From the IMG/VR virus record IMGVR_UViG_3300020810_001156, positions 188,604 through 252,603 of that record: 64,000 nt of DNA. One strand, 5' to 3'. The position numbers and the translations under genes are program-made. Positions 59,685 to 64,000 of the stretch are shown here, piece by piece. Numbering within the stretch: the stretch's first letter is position 1; each line of letters begins with the position of its first letter. The notes under the pieces were generated by a model. The model searched no databases. It was not told where the DNA came from and saw only the letters and a list, made by a program, of their open reading frames with translations.

Positions 59685-60515
59685 ATGAGAAGAATAATCA
59701 TTTTAATACTTTTAGGATTTCTATTAACATCTTGTGGAAGTATGTATCAATTTTCCACAATCAATCACACACCAGAATATATTGGTGATGTGAGAGTTGA
59801 TAAGATTGAAAATAGAATGGATTTGAATTGGAAGTTAAGAACTGATAATCAATTCAGATGGAATTTTGCTCAATATGCACAGAACCAACCTTTGAGTTGG
59901 TATTACGATAACTCTTGGGAGTTAGGATTATATACGAACCCATACTTTACTACTTGGGATTTTTACTTCAATAGAACTCAACTTTGGTGGGATTGGAGTT
60001 TCAACTATCCTTACAATTGGGGATGGAACCGTTGGTATCCATTTGGATACAATAGATGGGGTTGGAACTATGGATTCAGAAACAATTGGGCATGGGGATA
60101 TAATCCTTACAGATGGAATAGTGGATTTGTTCATAATCCTCAACCAATAAGAAATAGAAATGTTGTTGTGGTGAATGGTAGAAGAGGTTCTAACAACACA
60201 AACATTATAATAAACAGAGGCAGGTCGAATAATTCGACCACCAATAATTCCAATGTTAGAGTTAGAAGGTATGATAACAAAGATAGAATTGTACCTCGTA
60301 GAGATTATAACGATATAAAGAGTAGAGTTAGAACACCTATAAACAATAACTCAACACCTACGAGAAATTATAATGTACCAAGACCTAATAACAATAACAA
60401 TATAAGAAGAACTCCACCACCGCCTCCAACAAGACCTGTGGTTAGACCAAATGTAAGTAGAGGTTCAAATGTAGGTAGAAGTTCATCTCAGGTTATCAAA
60501 AGAAATAATGAGTAA
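59685..60515 (+). CDS. Lipoprotein with W/Y/N-rich and R/N/P-rich low-complexity regions
   Basis: Lipobox LTSC; WGWN repeats; disordered tail. Confidence 0.65.
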   Translation: MRRIIILILLGFLLTSCGSMYQFSTINHTPEYIGDVRVDKIENRMDLNWKLRTDNQFRWNFAQYAQNQPLSWYYDNSWELGLYTNPYFTTWDFYFNRTQLWWDWSFNYPYNWGWNRWYPFGYNRWGWNYGFRNNWAWGYNPYRWNSGFVHNPQPIRNRNVVVVNGRRGSNNTNIIINRGRSNNSTTNNSNVRVRRYDNKDRIVPRRDYNDIKSRVRTPINNNSTPTRNYNVPRPNNNNNIRRTPPPPPTRPVVRPNVSRGSNVGRSSSQVIKRNNE

Positions 60516-62625
60516 TCTAAAACTAAACATACCAAAGGATGTAATCAAGATACATAAGGCATTCAAAAAGAATGGTAAAAAACTTTATGTAGTTGGTGGT
60601 GCGGTTAGAGATGCCATCTTAGGTAAATCACCTAAAGATTTCGATTTAGCAACTGATGCAAAACCTGAAGAAGTTGAGAAGATAGCAAAAGATAATGGAA
60701 TATCATCTAAACCACTTGGAAAGGCATTTGGTGTTGTTTCACTTTTTATTAATAATGAAGAATATGAGATTGCAACTTTCAGAAAAGATATCGGAAAAGG
60801 TAGGAGACCTTCATCGGTAGATTACACAGATATACATGGTGATGTTAAGAGAAGGGATTTAACTGTAAATGCCTTATTCTATGACATCGATAGAAAAGAG
60901 ATTGTAGATTTAGTTGGTGGTATAGAAGATTTGAAAAAGAAAAACATCAGAACTGTTGGTAAAGCAAAAGAAAGATTTGATGAGGACCCGTTAAGAAAGT
61001 TAAGAGCATTAAGATTTTGGACAAGATTGGGTGGTAAGTTAGATAAAGAGTTATTAGATGCTTTACAAAATGACCCATCAATAAAAGGAGTTAGTTCTGA
61101 AAGAATTAGAGATGAATTCTTAAAATCAATCAAATCATCAAAGAATACAAAAGAGTATATGGAGATGTGTGATAAGATTGGATTTACTTCTCAGATACTT
61201 CCAAATCTAAAAGTATCAAAACCATATCCTAAAACAAACGATTATATTTTATTCTTAGCATGGGTATTAAGAAAGAACTCACCAGTTGTACTATCTAAAA
61301 TTCTAAATAAGATAAACTATACAAATGATGAAAGAGATGAAATAGTTTATCTAAATACACTTCAAGATTTCAAACCTGAAAATGTTTTAGTTTATAAAAA
61401 AGGGCAGAGAAAAGCAGAAGATAGTAGAATAATTACCTTTGGTAAAATGATTGGTAAAGATTTTACTAAGTTTGTAAAGTTCAAAACATCAGTAACTGGT
61501 AAGGATGTTCCATCAGATATTAAAGGACCTGAAATTGGATTGTGGATAGCAAGTAAAGAAAAGGAAAACTATCTAAACGAAGGTTTGAAAGAATTAGGAA
61601 TCACCGATTTCAAATCACTCTTTAAGAAAATGCCATCTGATTTACAAAAGAGAGTGTATAACTTAAAGAACTTTGGACAGAGAATTGATAAACACCCTGA
61701 AGGGAATGTACTTAAACATACAATCACAGTTGTAAATCGTTCAATCAAAGAAGATGATATCGATATTGCAATCGCAGCAATGTTCCACGATATAGGAAAA
61801 GATGAAACTGCTGGTATCCATCCAAAGAAAGGACATATTACACATTTTGGACACGAAAAAGTATCAGCTAATTTAGTTAAGAAATATAAAAATTGGATTG
61901 AATCAGTTGGTGGTAACACTGCCAATGTTTATTACATTGTAAAGAATCATATGAGATTCAAACAATTAGATAATATGAGAATCCAAAAGGTAATGAAGTT
62001 AAAGGCATTCAGAGCATTTGATAAGTTAGGTAAATTCTCTAAACACGATAGAAGTGGGTTAGATATAAGTGAAGATAAAATTCCTGGCGGATTAGCTGGT
62101 GAGATGAATATCTACGATATTGCAAATATGCACAAAGTTGATATTGATGATTTAAATAAGGAATTACAAATGGGTATTAAAGTTGAAATGGAACACACTT
62201 CAGATAGAGAGATAGCAAAAGAAATTGCATTAGACCATTTATATGAGGACCCAAAATATTACACTAAACTTGCCGATATTGAAGAAAGTAAAGGTAAATT
62301 AAGACCAGCTGATAAGTTAAGAAGAAAAAGAGCCATGGCTGGTAAGAAAGCTGCTATTCAAAGAAGGAAGTTAAGAACAATGAAGAGGAAAAAACCTCTT
62401 GCTAAACTAAAAAAGATTGCATATAAAATGGCATATTTACAAGTTTATAAACAATTTATGGAGGATTTATTTCCTGGTATGAATAAAAGTGATTTATCCA
62501 TTCAACAGGCAAAGATAGTTCATAAGAATGTATTAAGAAAGAAAGGTAGAGTTTTAAAACGAGCTAAGTTCAAATTCTTACCAGCTCTAAGAGCAAAAGA
62601 AGCAGAAAAATTTAAAAAGGATTAA
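60508..62625 (+). CDS. cca: CCA-adding/polyA polymerase-family nucleotidyltransferase fused to HD, DUF5661-like and basic modules
   Basis: VGGAVRD, DFDLAT, RRDLTVNA, RFDEDPLR.LR; HPEG..HT..HDIGK; GIKVEMEH..IALDHL.E.P.YY. Confidence 0.8.
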   Translation: MSNLKLNIPKDVIKIHKAFKKNGKKLYVVGGAVRDAILGKSPKDFDLATDAKPEEVEKIAKDNGISSKPLGKAFGVVSLFINNEEYEIATFRKDIGKGRRPSSVDYTDIHGDVKRRDLTVNALFYDIDRKEIVDLVGGIEDLKKKNIRTVGKAKERFDEDPLRKLRALRFWTRLGGKLDKELLDALQNDPSIKGVSSERIRDEFLKSIKSSKNTKEYMEMCDKIGFTSQILPNLKVSKPYPKTNDYILFLAWVLRKNSPVVLSKILNKINYTNDERDEIVYLNTLQDFKPENVLVYKKGQRKAEDSRIITFGKMIGKDFTKFVKFKTSVTGKDVPSDIKGPEIGLWIASKEKENYLNEGLKELGITDFKSLFKKMPSDLQKRVYNLKNFGQRIDKHPEGNVLKHTITVVNRSIKEDDIDIAIAAMFHDIGKDETAGIHPKKGHITHFGHEKVSANLVKKYKNWIESVGGNTANVYYIVKNHMRFKQLDNMRIQKVMKLKAFRAFDKLGKFSKHDRSGLDISEDKIPGGLAGEMNIYDIANMHKVDIDDLNKELQMGIKVEMEHTSDREIAKEIALDHLYEDPKYYTKLADIEESKGKLRPADKLRRKRAMAGKKAAIQRRKLRTMKRKKPLAKLKKIAYKMAYLQVYKQFMEDLFPGMNKSDLSIQQAKIVHKNVLRKKGRVLKRAKFKFLPALRAKEAEKFKKD

Positions 62626-62627
62626 TT

Positions 62628-62780
62628 ATGGCAACATGTGTAAAGTGTGGATGTGAATCACATCATGGTGATGTAGACCCAATTTCATCACATAAGTTTA
62701 TCAGAAAAAACGATTGTACTGAATGTGAATGTGCAAAATGTAGTTGTGAGGAGTGTAACCCTTATTTAGAAAGTAAATAA
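62628..62780 (+). CDS. Metallothionein-like Cys/His-rich 50-aa protein (not in ORF track)
   Basis: MATCVKCGCESHH...CTECECAKCSCEEC: 9 Cys, 3 His; fills the intergenic gap exactly. Confidence 0.6.
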   Translation: MATCVKCGCESHHGDVDPISSHKFIRKNDCTECECAKCSCEECNPYLESK

Positions 62781-63089
62781 ATGGAAGAACAAGAAGAACA
62801 AAGAGGATTTCAGAAACTACTTCTTTCTATGATGAATAGAAGATGGTTAATGACTTTAGTTGTTTTAGTTACCTTTATGGCAATCGCAATAGGAATCTTA
62901 ATCTCAATTCACATTGGTAGTGAAGTAAGTGGAGAATGGAAAGAATTACTACTTTTATTATTAGGTGCACTAATCGGTTCATATGGTAAGATTATAGATT
63001 ATTGGTTTAGTGATACTGATAAGGATAAAATGCTCGTTCAAAAGATGGATGAGGAAGATGGGGAATCACTTTCAAATACAAATCAATAA
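62781..63089 (+). CDS. Two-TM membrane protein (holin-like)
   Basis: Two TMs; LLGA.IG...IIDYWF. Confidence 0.5.
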   Translation: MEEQEEQRGFQKLLLSMMNRRWLMTLVVLVTFMAIAIGILISIHIGSEVSGEWKELLLLLLGALIGSYGKIIDYWFSDTDKDKMLVQKMDEEDGESLSNTNQ

Positions 63090-63092
63090 GTT

Positions 63093-63329
63093 ATGGGAAA
63101 TCCAATAGATTGTATAAAAGCAATACACAATGTAAATGAATCAGTTGAGGGAAATGACCCAAGAGGTTGGATGAAAGCATGTGCTGAAGAAACCTTGTTG
63201 AAAATGGGGAATGGGAATGATTTCAAAAAGTGTTTGATTAAAAAGATGGAATCTACGGAACAACATATTGAGAATCCCAAAGGATATGCAGATATGTTAT
63301 ATGATAAAATTAAAGGAAAGTGTTCTTAA
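63093..63329 (+). CDS. Small Cys-containing hypothetical protein
   Basis: 4 spaced Cys residues. Confidence 0.5.
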   Translation: MGNPIDCIKAIHNVNESVEGNDPRGWMKACAEETLLKMGNGNDFKKCLIKKMESTEQHIENPKGYADMLYDKIKGKCS

Positions 63330-63352
63330 TAGACTTTAAAAAATAATTAGTT

Positions 63353-63556
63353 ATGGCATTACCCTGTCCATCGTGTAGACAACCATTGGGAATCAATTTA
63401 GAATTTATCTTAAAGAATCCAATGTCAATCTGTCCAAATTGTAATACAATTTTTAATTTCAATGTGGATGAAGAAACGAAAAAACTATATAGAGAAGCAA
63501 TCTCAGAAATAAATAAAATTAAGAAAGAATATAAAGGTTCGGTTAAGTTTGGGTAA
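63353..63556 (+). CDS. Zn-finger protein
   Basis: CPSC and CPNC. Confidence 0.65.
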   Translation: MALPCPSCRQPLGINLEFILKNPMSICPNCNTIFNFNVDEETKKLYREAISEINKIKKEYKGSVKFG

Positions 63557-63636
63557 AAATCCATCTTAACTGATTTTTTATTGTATTTATATCAAATGGT
63601 TACATCAAAAACTAACACATAAAAAACAAAAAAATT

Positions 63637-64000
63637 ATGGCAAATGGTATCGCAAATCAATTCGTAGGTTTACCTATTGAAGATTTGATTGTAGCTCCTT
63701 TAGAGGGAATGGCTAAAGGGCAAGCAAAATTAAACGATGTAACTTGGAGATATATCAACGAAGTTGCATTTGTTAAAGATAAGGATGGTAAAGCTGAAGC
63801 AAGAGCATTGGATGTTCAAATGAACAGAGTAATGACAGATGGTGATACTGGTGAACAATCAGTTCAAACTCTGTACTCTAAAGTTCCAATGTTACCTTTA
63901 GTACCACTACCTTCTTTAGCTATCACATCAGCTGATATTAATTTCACAATGGAAGTTTCAACTTCTAATATGGATAAATCATCAACTGATACTGAATCAT
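63637..64000 (+). CDS. DUF2589-family protein, 3'-truncated by the window edge
   Basis: Read by hand: F.GLPIEDLIVAPL...A.GQ..L...VPMLPLVPLPSLAI...I.FTMEV. Confidence 0.75.
   Translation, partial: MANGIANQFVGLPIEDLIVAPLEGMAKGQAKLNDVTWRYINEVAFVKDKDGKAEARALDVQMNRVMTDGDTGEQSVQTLYSKVPMLPLVPLPSLAITSADINFTMEVSTSNMDKSSTDTES

Noticed and set aside
59272-59688. Alternative-frame + strand ORF (also 31537-31752)
   Set aside because: Nested in a better-supported ORF that has an upstream motif and a recognisable N-terminus

Overview
An AT-rich, gene-dense segment with essentially all credible genes on the + strand. It is most consistent with a large (jumbo) T4-like tailed phage, not a cellular chromosome: gp44/gp62-type clamp loader, Cas4/RecB-like nuclease, tail-fibre-like protein, many small ORFans, and stand-alone thyA, groES/groEL, rpsU and a CCA-adding enzyme. 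The host is probably Bacteroidota. Evidence for this is 12 promoters with TTG-N20-TAnnTT(T/A)G architecture, a DUF4494 gene, a T9SS-type cargo protein, bS21, and mostly Shine-Dalgarno-free starts. Main blocks in order: replication accessory genes (1-3.9 kb); a ~15 kb glycan biosynthesis/modification cluster (3.9-19.4 kb) with satellites near 33-36, 47.6-50.3 and 53 kb; a late/structural block (19.4-29.4 kb) whose proteins share an M-I-[KR]-L-x-x-[IL]-L..E leader and internal E-S-[VI]-[NDE]-E linkers, suggesting protease-cleaved head-packaged polyproteins; an APS kinase/nucleotidyltransferase/DUF2061 trio; a metallopeptidase-vWA + MoxR-like AAA pair; a TonB-dependent receptor with a T9SS-like cargo; heme oxygenase + ferredoxin-dependent bilin reductase; chaperonins; and a truncated DUF2589 gene at the right edge. 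No tRNA, rRNA or CRISPR array was seen by eye. All family calls come from motif recognition, without database searches.
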